This document shows, one piece after another, positions 52,245 through 62,157 of a stretch of 64,000 nt of DNA. The translations under genes and the position numbers were made by a program. The stretch covers positions 3,051-67,050 of the forward strand of contig JALFKC010000055.1 of assembly GCA_022775765.1 (NCBI GenBank), in the 5' to 3' direction. Under the pieces are notes generated by a model, which was not told the origin of the DNA, did not search any database, and worked only from the letters and a program-made list of their open reading frames with translations. The stretch comes from Campylobacter sp. (GTDB lineage: Bacteria > Campylobacterota > Campylobacteria > Campylobacterales > Campylobacteraceae). Positions within the stretch are counted from its first letter, which is position 1, and each line of letters opens with the position of its first letter.

Positions 52245-52892
52245 TTGAAAAATAGAAATTTAAATAAAATTGAGATAAATCTGCTAAATTTCACCCCGCT
52301 TTGGGTGTGTTCTAACGCAATTCGCACTTGTTGGCAGAGCTTTGAAAGGGGCGATAATGGCGGCGAAAAAGATATTGAGCTAATTGATAGAGTTGGCAAT
52401 AAATTTAAACACGCCTCAACCCTAGAGCACTTATACTATAACTTTTATATCAAAGGGATTTCAAGGGCACTTTTGCAAGAACTCGCTCGCCATAGAGTGG
52501 CAAGTTTAAGTGTAAAATCCACCCGCTACACCCTAAAAGAGCTAAAAAACGAAAGCGAGTTTAGAAGTGGCGACTTTGAAAATGCAAGTAGATACATTGT
52601 ATTAAGTGGCGATGAGATGGTAGATAATTTTAGCATCGTGGCCCTAGAAAATATGCGTAAAATTTTGCTTAAAAACATTAGCCTTGATATCGCTAAATAC
52701 GCCCTTCCTGAGTGCTATAAAACTGAGCTTAGTTGGAGTATTAACGCTAGAAGTCTTCAAAACTTTTTAGCTCTTAGAAGCTCAAAATCAGCTCTTTGGG
52801 AGATAAGAGATTTGGCCTACGCTATTTTTGAAGCTCTACCGGACGAGCATAAATTTATATTTGAAGATTGCATAAAAAAGGAAAATAATTAG
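52245..52892 (+). CDS. thyX: FAD-dependent thymidylate synthase
   Basis: HASTLEH, ELARHRVASLSVKSTRY, NARSLQNF, WEIR. Confidence 0.96.
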   Translation: MKNRNLNKIEINLLNFTPLWVCSNAIRTCWQSFERGDNGGEKDIELIDRVGNKFKHASTLEHLYYNFYIKGISRALLQELARHRVASLSVKSTRYTLKELKNESEFRSGDFENASRYIVLSGDEMVDNFSIVALENMRKILLKNISLDIAKYALPECYKTELSWSINARSLQNFLALRSSKSALWEIRDLAYAIFEALPDEHKFIFEDCIKKENN

Positions 52893-52936
52893 CCTATAGT
52901 TTTGCTATAATTTTATAAATTTAAAAATGTGATATT

Positions 52937-53504
52937 ATGAAAGAGATACTAAGTTTGATTAAGAGCTTTGAAGAGATTTTAGATGAAAAACTCTATCAAA
53001 TTTTAAAGCTAATCCAGCTAATTTTAGGTCCGAACTATTTAAATTTGCATATCAAAATATAGAGTGTGATAGTGTTTGTCGCTATATAAAAATTTTTAAT
53101 GATTATAAGTTTAAAGCTGGTGTTTTTTATAATAAAAAAAGACTTTGTGTTGCTATTTCTAAATTTATCACTCAAATTTTGAGCATAAAAAGAGATGGAG
53201 TTTTGCTATTTAAAACAAAAATCGCTGGAATGAACTATGTGAGCGATATTACTACTCTGTTTGTAGATTTAAAATTTAATAAAATCGTAAAATTAAAGCA
53301 AGAACCGCACAATCCACACGATAAAAACGCTATTTTAATTTTATGTGATGACAAAAAAATAGGCTATATTCCAAGATATAAAACAGAGATTTAAATAATC
53401 TAATCAACGCAAAAGCTGTGATTAAGGCTTATATAAACTACGCTATTTGGGACAGCGATGGAATAGAGATTCAAATTTTTATCTATTTGGAAAATTTGGC
53501 ATAA
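52937..53504 (+). pseudogene. HIRAN-domain protein pseudogene
   Basis: TKIAGMNY...LKQEPHNPHDKNAI...KIGYIPR in fragment 53179-53394; flanking parts are in other frames. Confidence 0.7.
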
Positions 53505-53799
53505 ATTTTGGGATTTTGAGAATTTAAAGAGTAAATTTAAAAAATTAACGCAAAATTTAAGATCTGCACTCAATATGGTAAATTAATTTTAAGATTTGTA
53601 TTAAATTAACATAAATTTTAAAATCATTATTTGATTTTATGCAGTGTAAAATAACGCCCTATATAAGTGCTATCACTAAAAACAGTAGCTAAATAGAGCA
53701 CACGAGTATGTAGATATAAAAGTAAAAGCTACATTTTTTAAAGTACAAATTTACTTGTAAAAGAGTTTTTGGTAGAATTTAGTCATAAAAGCAAAAGCT

Positions 53800-53823
53800 G
53801 TGCTAGTTTTATAAAACTAGCAC
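53800..53823. terminator. Perfect 24-bp palindrome at the end of the M48 peptidase gene
   Basis: GTGCTAGTTTTA|TAAAACTAGCAC. Confidence 0.65.
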
Positions 53824-53843
53824 TTAATAAGCATTATAACTGT

Positions 53844-54659
53844 TTATTTGCGTCTAGCCTCTTCATAGATTGGCATAAGTTTATTTGAAATCACCTTTAA
53901 ATTCTCTATTCTGGTGTTAGCTGATGGGTGTGTTGACATAAACTCAGCTACGCCGCTTCCACTATTTGCAGACATTTTTTGCCAAAGCTTAACCGCCTCT
54001 CTTGGATCATATCCAGCCCTTGCCATTAGCTCAGCCCCTATCGTGTCGGCCTCATTTTCATGGCTTCTTGAGTATGGAAGCGTGATGGTGTATTTGGCAG
54101 CGATATTGGCCACATTTGTTGCCAAATCACTTCCTGTGACTGCACTTATTGTAAAAAGCCCCAGTTGTTTCATCTGTTCGGTGCTAGCTTGTTCTCTGCT
54201 GTGTTCTCTTAAAGCGTGAGCCATCTCGTGTCCCATAATCGCGGCAATTTGTGCGTCATTTAGATTTAGCTTTTCGATAATTCCGCTATAAATCACCATC
54301 CTGCCACCCGGCATACACCAAGCATTGGTAGTTGGTTCGTTGATGACATTAACTTGCCAGTTCCACTTAAGTGCGTCTTGTCTAAACACGCCTACATTTG
54401 AAATCAGTCTATTAGTGATATTTCTAACTCTTTGAGTCTGTTTTGGGTTTGAGTTTAGAGTACCATCTTTTCTAGCTTTGGTTAGCACTTGTGAATAATA
54501 CTGAGCTGAGCTCTCATCCATCTGTTTTTCGCTTACCAAAAACATCTGTTTTCTATCAATTCCAACTGCCCCAGCGTTAGTTGATGCACTCATACATCCA
54601 CTCAGGCTTAGGGCTAAAAATCCACTACAAAAAGCTATTAAAACTTTTTTGAATTTCAT
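53844..54659 (-). CDS. M48-family zinc metallopeptidase lipoprotein
   Basis: Lipobox LSGC, NAWCMPGG, HEMAH (HExxH), EAD, STHP. Confidence 0.93.
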   Translation of the reverse strand: MKFKKVLIAFCSGFLALSLSGCMSASTNAGAVGIDRKQMFLVSEKQMDESSAQYYSQVLTKARKDGTLNSNPKQTQRVRNITNRLISNVGVFRQDALKWNWQVNVINEPTTNAWCMPGGRMVIYSGIIEKLNLNDAQIAAIMGHEMAHALREHSREQASTEQMKQLGLFTISAVTGSDLATNVANIAAKYTITLPYSRSHENEADTIGAELMARAGYDPREAVKLWQKMSANSGSGVAEFMSTHPSANTRIENLKVISNKLMPIYEEARRK

Positions 54660-54662
54660 AGA

Positions 54663-55514
54663 TTATCCTTGAGTAATATTTTGATTATTTTGGACTAAAA
54701 TATCTATATTTTTTAAAATTTCATCTTTTTCATCTTTGCTATAGATGGCTTGATCTTTGGTAACGATATCGATTGCCCTTTCGCAAGATGGGTAGTTGCC
54801 AAGTTCGCAACCTTTGATAAATTGTTTGAGAGCGTCTTCATATTTTTGATTCATATAGTTGGTGGTTGCAGCGTTAAAGCAACCCTTTGATTCCCCTAGT
54901 TCGCACGCTTTTAGATCATAACTATAAGAGATTTCATTTTGAGCTTTTGTTCTATAAAGTGTGGCTAAATTTGTGCAAGCAAGCCCAAGACCAGCATTGC
55001 AAGCTTTGATATAATACTGTTTTGAAAGCTCAGTATTAGTTGAAGCGTAAGCAATTCCCAAAGAGTAATCTCCATAAACACTGCCTAAATTTGAAGCCTT
55101 TTTAAAATTCTCTATAGAGGCATTTTCGTTATTTTCTATCTTGTATAAAACGCCCAAAGTGTGACATCCATCAGCGTCATTATGTTCGCAAGCGTAGGTT
55201 AAGTGCTTCTTGGCTAGGTTAATATCTTTTGCAACTCCTATTCCGCGAAGTTCCATCTTGCCAAGTTGCGTGCACCCTGCTGCGTTGCCATCATCGCAAT
55301 ACGCCCTAGCCAAGGCTAAAAGCTCAGCACTATTTCCACTTTTTTCAAGCTCTTCAAACTCAGCTTTTGTAGCCAGATCTTGCGTTGTATTAGAGACTCT
55401 TTTTACTTCACCATAAGTTTCGCCCGGCCATCTTGCGTATTTAGAGGTCGCACACCCTACAAAATATACTCCAAAAACTACAATAAACAAAAATTTAACT
55501 AAATTTCTCATCAC
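54663..55514 (-). CDS. Sel1-repeat cysteine-rich lipoprotein (Hcp-like)
   Basis: Lipobox FVGC; repeated ACxxxxxxGC motifs. Confidence 0.88.
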   Translation of the reverse strand: MMRNLVKFLFIVVFGVYFVGCATSKYARWPGETYGEVKRVSNTTQDLATKAEFEELEKSGNSAELLALARAYCDDGNAAGCTQLGKMELRGIGVAKDINLAKKHLTYACEHNDADGCHTLGVLYKIENNENASIENFKKASNLGSVYGDYSLGIAYASTNTELSKQYYIKACNAGLGLACTNLATLYRTKAQNEISYSYDLKACELGESKGCFNAATTNYMNQKYEDALKQFIKGCELGNYPSCERAIDIVTKDQAIYSKDEKDEILKNIDILVQNNQNITQG

Positions 55515-55546
55515 TTTCTCCCATTAAAATTCTTATAATAAATTTG

Positions 55547-56512
55547 CTATTTATACCCAATATTTATTTCAAATTCGCTTAATCTTCTGTAGATACTTCT
55601 AAGTTCTGTGATTGTCGTCCAGTTTCGTATCAGCACCGAAAAACTCTCTCTAACCTGCGAAAAAGCGTTAGATACTTGAATCAAAACTCCCAAAGTTATC
55701 GCCCCTAAAAAAAGCGAAGTTCCCATAAAAAGGTGTGGAACTATCACCATAAATTGCTCAAACGCATAGAGCCAAACATTAAAATATCCATAGTGCAAAA
55801 AAAGCCTATGGTAGTTTAGCCTAAGCCCTGTAAAAAGCTCAAATAGAGTGCTTTCGTGCCCATAATTAGCCTTGTCATCTTCAGCATAAACTAGCTCTTT
55901 TCTAAAGGCCGCTTCGACTTTTTGGTTGTTGTATTCAAGTCCTGGAAGTTTAATCCCCACAAACCACGAAATACTAAGCCCACCAATTGATACTATCAAG
56001 GCAATCCACACAAGCGATCCAGGCGTTGTTCCCATTATAGGGATATCAAGCCCTTTGCTTAAATTCCACAAAATCGGCAAAAATGCTATCAGAGTCATAA
56101 TTGCTTTAACTACTATCAAGCCCAAATCTTGAATAATCCTAGCAAATCTATAGATATCTTCTTGGATTCTCTGTGATGAGCCCTCTACATCTTGCTTGAC
56201 CTCTCGCCACTGGTGGATATAGCTAAAAGTCATCGCCTCTCGCCATCTAAATGTGTAAAGACTAGTAAAATATTTGGTAAGGGCTGCGACGATGACATAG
56301 GGCATTGCAATATACAAAAATCTGCGAATTTGTGCCCAATACTCGCTGATATCGTGCTTTTCAACCTCTTGCATAATGTTATAAAAATCCTTATACCACT
56401 CATTTATCATAACATTAAATCTAACTTGTAAAAAGAGCATTATAAACAAAATCGCCCCGCCACCATACGCCCAAAGTGCCCATTTTTTGCTAGCAAAAAA
56501 CGACCTAAACAC
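55547..56512 (-). CDS. SbmA/BacA-like peptide transporter
   Basis: FRWREAM, EGSSQRIQED, LPGLEYNNQKVEAAFRKELV, WTTITELRSIYRRL. Confidence 0.9.
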   Translation of the reverse strand: MFRSFFASKKWALWAYGGGAILFIMLFLQVRFNVMINEWYKDFYNIMQEVEKHDISEYWAQIRRFLYIAMPYVIVAALTKYFTSLYTFRWREAMTFSYIHQWREVKQDVEGSSQRIQEDIYRFARIIQDLGLIVVKAIMTLIAFLPILWNLSKGLDIPIMGTTPGSLVWIALIVSIGGLSISWFVGIKLPGLEYNNQKVEAAFRKELVYAEDDKANYGHESTLFELFTGLRLNYHRLFLHYGYFNVWLYAFEQFMVIVPHLFMGTSLFLGAITLGVLIQVSNAFSQVRESFSVLIRNWTTITELRSIYRRLSEFEINIGYK

Positions 56513-57756
56513 TAGTTGTCTTCTTTTTGGTTTTCTAAATTTTGCTTAGCAGCGTCAATTGAGCGTTGTGCTGTTTTTTGAGCGTTATTGTCTTTTTTGG
56601 TATCATTTTTTTGTCTAAAATTAGTAAATTTTTCAACAAGTGATTTTTCAAGATCTACTATCTCTTTTTTGAGCTTTGAAATTCTATCTTCAAGTTCAAA
56701 ATTCTCTTTAAATTTAGTGCTTCTATCGCTTAGATCGTTTTTAAATTCCTCAAGCTTTTGGCTGACTAGACGGCTAAATTCTTTGTAGTTTTCGTTGATA
56801 TGCATATCTTCGAGTTTTATGCGAATTTGCTCGGCTGTATCATTTGAGAGCCTTTTCATTTTGACAATGTAATTATCATACTCTTTTTTAATAATCTCTT
56901 CGACTATGCTTTTTGCTGGCTCACTAGCACCAAAAGAGATCTCTTTTAGCAAATTTACAAAGTCGTTTTGTATATTAAGCAGATCATCTTCAGTGTTTGC
57001 TATCATTTTAGCCATCTCATCTGGGGCAAATTTGATGCGATCCTTAAACTCATTTACGCTTTTTTGCACGCCCTCATCAGCCCCTAAAATCGCTCCACTT
57101 ATAAGTTCTTTAGCATAAATTTTGCTCTCTGTGGCGATTACAACCGCCTCTGTGATTAGAATTCTACAAATGTCTAAAATTGCGGTTTTGTTAAATTCAC
57201 TCTCGCTAACAGAGTAGTAGACTAAATTCTTAGCCACTTCTTTAGTTGTGTCTTTAACACTCACCCCGCTTTCTACAATCACAATTAGCGTGCTTTCGCA
57301 CACTTCTTTGAACATATCTTTAAGATAAGTCGCGTCAAGCAAAAACTCATTTAACACCAAAAGTAGATTTTCATTTTTGTTTAAGTCATCTTTTGCCCAC
57401 TTTTCAATCGGTTCAAAGCTCTGGAAAATCGAGTTTTTGATACTATTTCTAAGGGTTGAAATTTCGTGTAGTATTTTATATCGTCTCTCAACAAGTTCCA
57501 TAAATTTATCTTCATCATCTTTAGTTAGAGCGATTTTTATCCCCATTAAAACACTTTTGATATTTGGTTTTGTAGCTAGATTAAGCTCTTTTAAAACTTC
57601 AAAAAACGCTTCAAAAAGCTCTTTGCAAAGTTTGGATTTCTCAGTTTCACTGAGCCCATCAAATGCTTTTTTAGAGTGTTTGAAAGCGAGATTTTGAATA
57701 GTACTCAAACTCTTTTCACTACTTTTTAAATCATTTAAAAATTCACTATTTTGCAT
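56512..57756 (-). CDS. Alpha-helical hypothetical protein
   Basis: Long ORF coupled to its neighbours; coiled-coil-like C-terminus; no motif recognised. Confidence 0.7.
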   Translation of the reverse strand: MQNSEFLNDLKSSEKSLSTIQNLAFKHSKKAFDGLSETEKSKLCKELFEAFFEVLKELNLATKPNIKSVLMGIKIALTKDDEDKFMELVERRYKILHEISTLRNSIKNSIFQSFEPIEKWAKDDLNKNENLLLVLNEFLLDATYLKDMFKEVCESTLIVIVESGVSVKDTTKEVAKNLVYYSVSESEFNKTAILDICRILITEAVVIATESKIYAKELISGAILGADEGVQKSVNEFKDRIKFAPDEMAKMIANTEDDLLNIQNDFVNLLKEISFGASEPAKSIVEEIIKKEYDNYIVKMKRLSNDTAEQIRIKLEDMHINENYKEFSRLVSQKLEEFKNDLSDRSTKFKENFELEDRISKLKKEIVDLEKSLVEKFTNFRQKNDTKKDNNAQKTAQRSIDAAKQNLENQKEDN

Positions 57757-57768
57757 AAATTTACCTCA

Positions 57769-58026
57769 TTACAATATAAATTTTGATATATTTTTTAGCT
57801 TTTTGAAAATATCAAATCTATCAGCGTCGCTATGAACCATCACGCTGACATTAAAACTTTGATATTTGCCGCCACTACTCTGTTTTGAAAAATTTATTTT
57901 AAACTCTTTACCTTTAAGAATTTCTTTGATATTTGTGATGACATCTTCATTTTTATCAAAAATCACCTTATATTCCCAGAAATTTGGATAGTCGATTTTG
58001 GGCTTAGTTTCGCAGATATTCGCCAC
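57769..58026 (-). CDS. DUF493/YbeD (HP0495)-family protein
   Basis: [25 protein letters not shown]. Confidence 0.85.
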   Translation of the reverse strand: MANICETKPKIDYPNFWEYKVIFDKNEDVITNIKEILKGKEFKINFSKQSSGGKYQSFNVSVMVHSDADRFDIFKKLKNISKFIL

Positions 58027-58474
58027 TTTTGCCCCCTGATTTTTTTAAAAGATAGATATCATAAATTTCCATACTTTTATCGATGGCTTTTACCATATCA
58101 TAAATTGTCAAAAGCCCTACACTAACGCCAGTTAATGCCTCCATCTCTACGCCTGTTTTGCCATCGCATTTTACGCTAACAAAAAGCTCAAAAGCTGAGA
58201 TTTTGGGGTGTTCTTTGATATCAGTTTTGATAGAGTTTAAAACTAAGGGGTGAGTCATTGGGATGAGTTCGCTAGTTTTTTTGACCCCCATAATCGCTGC
58301 AATCACAGCAGTTTGAAGCACGGGGCCTTTTTTGGCGGTATTTTCTTTGATGACCTTGTAGGCTTCATCACTCATTTTGATTTTACCAGAAGCTGTGGCG
58401 ACGCGTGTTGTAATGGTTTTGTCACCTACATCTACCATTTTGGGTCTATCGTTTTCATCTAAATGTGTTAGCAT
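58004..58474 (-). CDS. moaC: Cyclic pyranopterin monophosphate synthase
   Basis: [36 protein letters not shown]. Confidence 0.97.
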   Translation of the reverse strand: MLTHLDENDRPKMVDVGDKTITTRVATASGKIKMSDEAYKVIKENTAKKGPVLQTAVIAAIMGVKKTSELIPMTHPLVLNSIKTDIKEHPKISAFELFVSVKCDGKTGVEMEALTGVSVGLLTIYDMVKAIDKSMEIYDIYLLKKSGGKSGEYLRN

Positions 58475-58560
58475 AAATTTCCTTTTTTAGAAATTATATC
58501 AAAGTATGAAAAATAAAAGTAAGATTTTAAAAATTTAAAAATAAAAAATGGGTTAAATTT

Positions 58561-58625
58561 AAAAAACCCGAAGAGCCTTAGCTCATTCGGGTATTACAAA
58601 AAGGAGGTTTTTATCTTGTTGGACG
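58561..58625 (-). ncRNA. Candidate small RNA with anti-SD motif and intrinsic terminator
   Basis: Minus strand: TATAAT (58631-58636), then AAAAACCUCCUUUUUG, then ACCCGAAUGAGC-UAAG-GCUCUUCGGGU followed by a U-tract. Confidence 0.55.
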
Positions 58626-58701
58626 ATGTAATTATAATCCCTAAAGATAAATTCTACCATAATTTAATATTAATAAATTATAACGCAATAAATTTTATCA
58701 T

Positions 58702-59063
58702 TTATTTTGAAATTTCTGCGTCTTTTGCTTGATTAATCACTAAATTTATCACCTTTAAACAGTCTTCTTTTTTGATAAAATCATCGCTTGTAGCGATAAT
58801 TTGACCGTTTGTTGCACAGAGTCTAAATCTAAATTTGCCTGCTTTATCGGCATAAATTTGAAATTTTGGGAAGCTTAGTTTTTGTGAGCTATCTACGCTT
58901 AAATCCTCAATTTTGCCAAAAGATGAGTTTTTCTTAACACTTTGTATGCTTTTTTTGCAACTAGCCAAAGTTGTATAAACTTCAGACGAAAGGCTATGTG
59001 CCCATCTATACTAAAGTCAAATTTCACGCCTGTAGCGGTCTTTTTTAAGATAAACTCTGCCAT
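58702..59063 (-). pseudogene. YegP/DUF1508-family gene, frameshifted
   Basis: MAEFILKKTATGVKFD from ATG 59063 shifts frame to SEVYTTLASCKKSIQSVK...KFQIYADKAGKFRFRL...NGQIIATS. Confidence 0.75.
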
Positions 59064-59101
59064 CTTTTACTTCTTGTAAAAATTTAGTGTATTTTATCTA
59101 A

Positions 59102-61006
59102 TCAAAGTAATTTTTTGGCTTCATTTGCGATATTTGTATCACTAAATCCAAAATATTTAAATAAGTCATCAGCCTTGCCACTCTCACCAAAAGTTTTCAT
59201 TCCAAAAACTTCATCTGCGAATTTATACCACTCTAATGCACTTCCTGCTTCAACGGCTAAAATTTTGCTATTTTTATCAAAGATTTGATCCAAATACTCA
59301 CTACTTTGTTCGCACAAAATCTCAAAGCAAGGTGTGCTAACCACGCTTGTAGGGATGTTTTGAGCTTCGAGTAAATTCGCAGCTTTTAAGCAAAGGCTAA
59401 CCTCACTTCCGCTTGCAACAAGAGTAATACGCGGATTTTTGGCTTTTTTGACTAGATATCCGCCATTTTCTACTCCTCCAAACTCAGATTTTGGAAGTGG
59501 TTCAAGCCCTTGACGCGAGCACACAAATGCACAAGGAAACTCACTTTTTAGCGCAATTTGCCACGACTTGGCATTTTCATCGCCATCAGCTGGGCGAAAT
59601 GTGTAGAAATTTGGCAAAGCTCTAAAGGCACTTAATTGCTCAATTGGCTCGTGCGTTGGCCCATCTTCGCCAACCCCAATGCTATCGTGAGTAAATATAA
59701 AATAGTGCTTTAATTTCATCAGTGCAGCAAGCCTAGCTCCAGTTTTTAGATAATCGCTAAAGATAAAAAATGTCGCTGAAAATGGCACAAAAAGCCCGTA
59801 TCTTGCAAAGGCGTTATTGATGGCGGCCATTGCGTGCTCTCTTATGCCAAAGTGAATATTTTTGCCATAAGGAAAATCACCACTATCCTTTAGAGTGGTT
59901 TTATTTGATGGTGCAAGGTCAGCACTTCCACCCAAAAAGCTAGGGACTGCTCTACTAATTGCGTTAATAATCTCAAAATTGCTATCTCTAGTGGCAAGCT
60001 TTTTGCCTGCAAAATTTGGATAGATTACCTTTGAAAAATCAGGATTTAACAGCTCATTTAAAAGCTCTTTTTTCTCGCTTGAGAGCTTTGAGAGTTTTTC
60101 ATTCCAAATTTTCTCTTCTAATTCGCCCTTTTCAACTGCACTTCTAGTCTCAAAAAGCACATCTTCGCTAACTGTAAATTCCCCGCTTATCTTAGCTAGC
60201 TCTTTTGATTTGGCTAAAACCTCAGCTCCAAGCGGTGAGCCGTGAGTTTTGGCAGTTCCTTCAAGGCCAACCGCACCCTTGCCAATAGTTGTGTTAGCGA
60301 TAATCAAATATGGACGGTCTTTGTTTTTAGTCTCACTTAGAGCAAATGCGATCTCATCAAAGCTATGACCGTTTATTCTAGCGACATCAAAGCCTTGTGC
60401 TTCAAATCTAACCTTAACATCCTCAGCCCACGCCAAAGAGATATCGCCCTCAATTGTGATATTGTTTGAATCATAAATAAGCACCAAATTATCAAGCTTA
60501 TGAGCCCCGGCTAACGCACACGCTTCATAGCTAATTCCCTCTTGCAAATCCCCATCTCCACAAAAGCAATAGACTTTGTGGTCTATGATTTGATTGTTTT
60601 CATCATTAAGCAAATTTGCAGCGTATTTTGACGCCATAGCAAAACCAACTGCGTTTGCTACGCCCTGGCCTAAAGGTCCAGTCGCTATCTCAACGCCAGG
60701 GGTGGTGATTTCAGGGTGGCCTGGGGTACGTGAGTGAAGTTGGCGAAAGTTTTTGAGATCATCCATACTCAAATCATAGCCACTTAGATACAAATAGCTA
60801 TAAACTAAAGCACTCGCGTGTCCGCCTGAAAATACCACTCTATCGCGGTTTAGCCAGTTTGGATTGCGTGGATTGTGCCTTACAAAACGCATAAAAACGC
60901 TCATTATATCAGATAGCCCCATCGGTGCTCCCGGATGACCAGAATTTGCCTTTTGGATCATATCCGCACTTAAGAATTTGATGGTGTTTGAAATCTTTTC
61001 TAACAT
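59102..61006 (-). CDS. tkt: Transketolase
   Basis: NSGHPG, SGGHAS, TPGHPE, TGPLGQG, GDGDLQEG, FGIREHAM, GEDGPTHEP. Confidence 0.98.
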   Translation of the reverse strand: MLEKISNTIKFLSADMIQKANSGHPGAPMGLSDIMSVFMRFVRHNPRNPNWLNRDRVVFSGGHASALVYSYLYLSGYDLSMDDLKNFRQLHSRTPGHPEITTPGVEIATGPLGQGVANAVGFAMASKYAANLLNDENNQIIDHKVYCFCGDGDLQEGISYEACALAGAHKLDNLVLIYDSNNITIEGDISLAWAEDVKVRFEAQGFDVARINGHSFDEIAFALSETKNKDRPYLIIANTTIGKGAVGLEGTAKTHGSPLGAEVLAKSKELAKISGEFTVSEDVLFETRSAVEKGELEEKIWNEKLSKLSSEKKELLNELLNPDFSKVIYPNFAGKKLATRDSNFEIINAISRAVPSFLGGSADLAPSNKTTLKDSGDFPYGKNIHFGIREHAMAAINNAFARYGLFVPFSATFFIFSDYLKTGARLAALMKLKHYFIFTHDSIGVGEDGPTHEPIEQLSAFRALPNFYTFRPADGDENAKSWQIALKSEFPCAFVCSRQGLEPLPKSEFGGVENGGYLVKKAKNPRITLVASGSEVSLCLKAANLLEAQNIPTSVVSTPCFEILCEQSSEYLDQIFDKNSKILAVEAGSALEWYKFADEVFGMKTFGESGKADDLFKYFGFSDTNIANEAKKLL

Positions 61007-61008
61007 AG

Positions 61009-61842
61009 TTAATCCTTTAGATATTTTGTGATTAGTGAATTTATAAGGTTTTTGATGGCTAAATTTTCAGTTTTAGTTGAAATTTGACCTATCAATGTCT
61101 CTTTGTAATCTTTTGCTTTTTGAAGGCCTAGTAAATTTACAAATGAGTTTTTGTGAGTGTCGTTTCCGGCGGTTTTGCCTATCTCTTCGCTACTTTTTGT
61201 CGCGTCAAGTATATCGTCATTGATTTGAAACAAAAGCCCCAAATCAAGCCCTATTTGGTAAATCTCGCTTATTAAACTCTCATCAAGTTCGCTAATAATC
61301 GCACCCATCTCAAGGCTTGCAGCGATTAATTTGGCGGTTTTGTGAATGTGCAAAAACTTAAGACTATTAAAATCCAACTTTTTATTCTCAAAATAGCAAT
61401 CAATCGCTTGACCAATTACCATTCCGCCAATTCCGCCATTTTGCGACAGAGATCTCACACATTTTGTGATGATTTCATAGCTAAAATTTGAAGTTGCAAT
61501 GAGATAAAAAGCGTGAGTGTTTAGTGCGTCAGCCACCAAAACCGCAGTGGTTTCGTCAAATTTAATATGCATAGACGCAGCCCCACGGCGAAGTGGCGAG
61601 TTATCCATACAAGGCAGATCATCGTGAATAAGCGAATATGAGTGAAACGCCTCAACCGCGTAAGCTACTCTCATTGCATTTTCTAAGCTCTGGGGCCTAA
61701 AAATTTCAACAACACCAAGCAAAAGCTTAGCTCTAAAATGTTTGCCACCAAGCCCCAAAGTGTAGTTTAGTGCCTCGTCAAAAAATGGATGAAAGCTATT
61801 TGCTTTGATGGGATTAGCCTTTAAATACTCTTCAAAGCTCAA
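61009..61842 (-). CDS. ispA: Polyprenyl synthetase (farnesyl diphosphate synthase)
   Basis: GGKHFR, SLIHDDLPCMD, LRRG, KTA, FQINDDILD. Confidence 0.9.
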   Translation of the reverse strand: MSFEEYLKANPIKANSFHPFFDEALNYTLGLGGKHFRAKLLLGVVEIFRPQSLENAMRVAYAVEAFHSYSLIHDDLPCMDNSPLRRGAASMHIKFDETTAVLVADALNTHAFYLIATSNFSYEIITKCVRSLSQNGGIGGMVIGQAIDCYFENKKLDFNSLKFLHIHKTAKLIAASLEMGAIISELDESLISEIYQIGLDLGLLFQINDDILDATKSSEEIGKTAGNDTHKNSFVNLLGLQKAKDYKETLIGQISTKTENLAIKNLINSLITKYLKD

Positions 61843-62156
61843 GCTATTCCCCCAAATCCGCCAAGGCCACCAAGTGTTTTTAAAGCAGTATTTTTCTTCT
61901 CATCTTCTATGAGTTTTACAGCGTCATTTACCGCTGAGATAAGCAGAATTTGAAGGCTTTCTTTGTCTTCAAGCAAACTATCATCTATGCTTAAATCTAG
62001 CACTTCACCTTTGCCGCTAATCTTAATCTCTATAAGCCCACCGCCGCTTTTTACGCTAAATTCGCGGTTTTCGCTCTCTTTTTCAAGCTCTTTGGCTTTT
62101 TCTTGCATCTGCTCTAGCATTTGCGACATTTTTGAAAAATCCATTCCTTCGAACAT
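61839..62156 (-). CDS. YbaB/EbfC nucleoid-associated protein
   Basis: SGGGLIEI, LQILLISAVNDA. Confidence 0.92.
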   Translation of the reverse strand: MFEGMDFSKMSQMLEQMQEKAKELEKESENREFSVKSGGGLIEIKISGKGEVLDLSIDDSLLEDKESLQILLISAVNDAVKLIEDEKKNTALKTLGGLGGFGGIA

Positions 62157-62157
62157 T

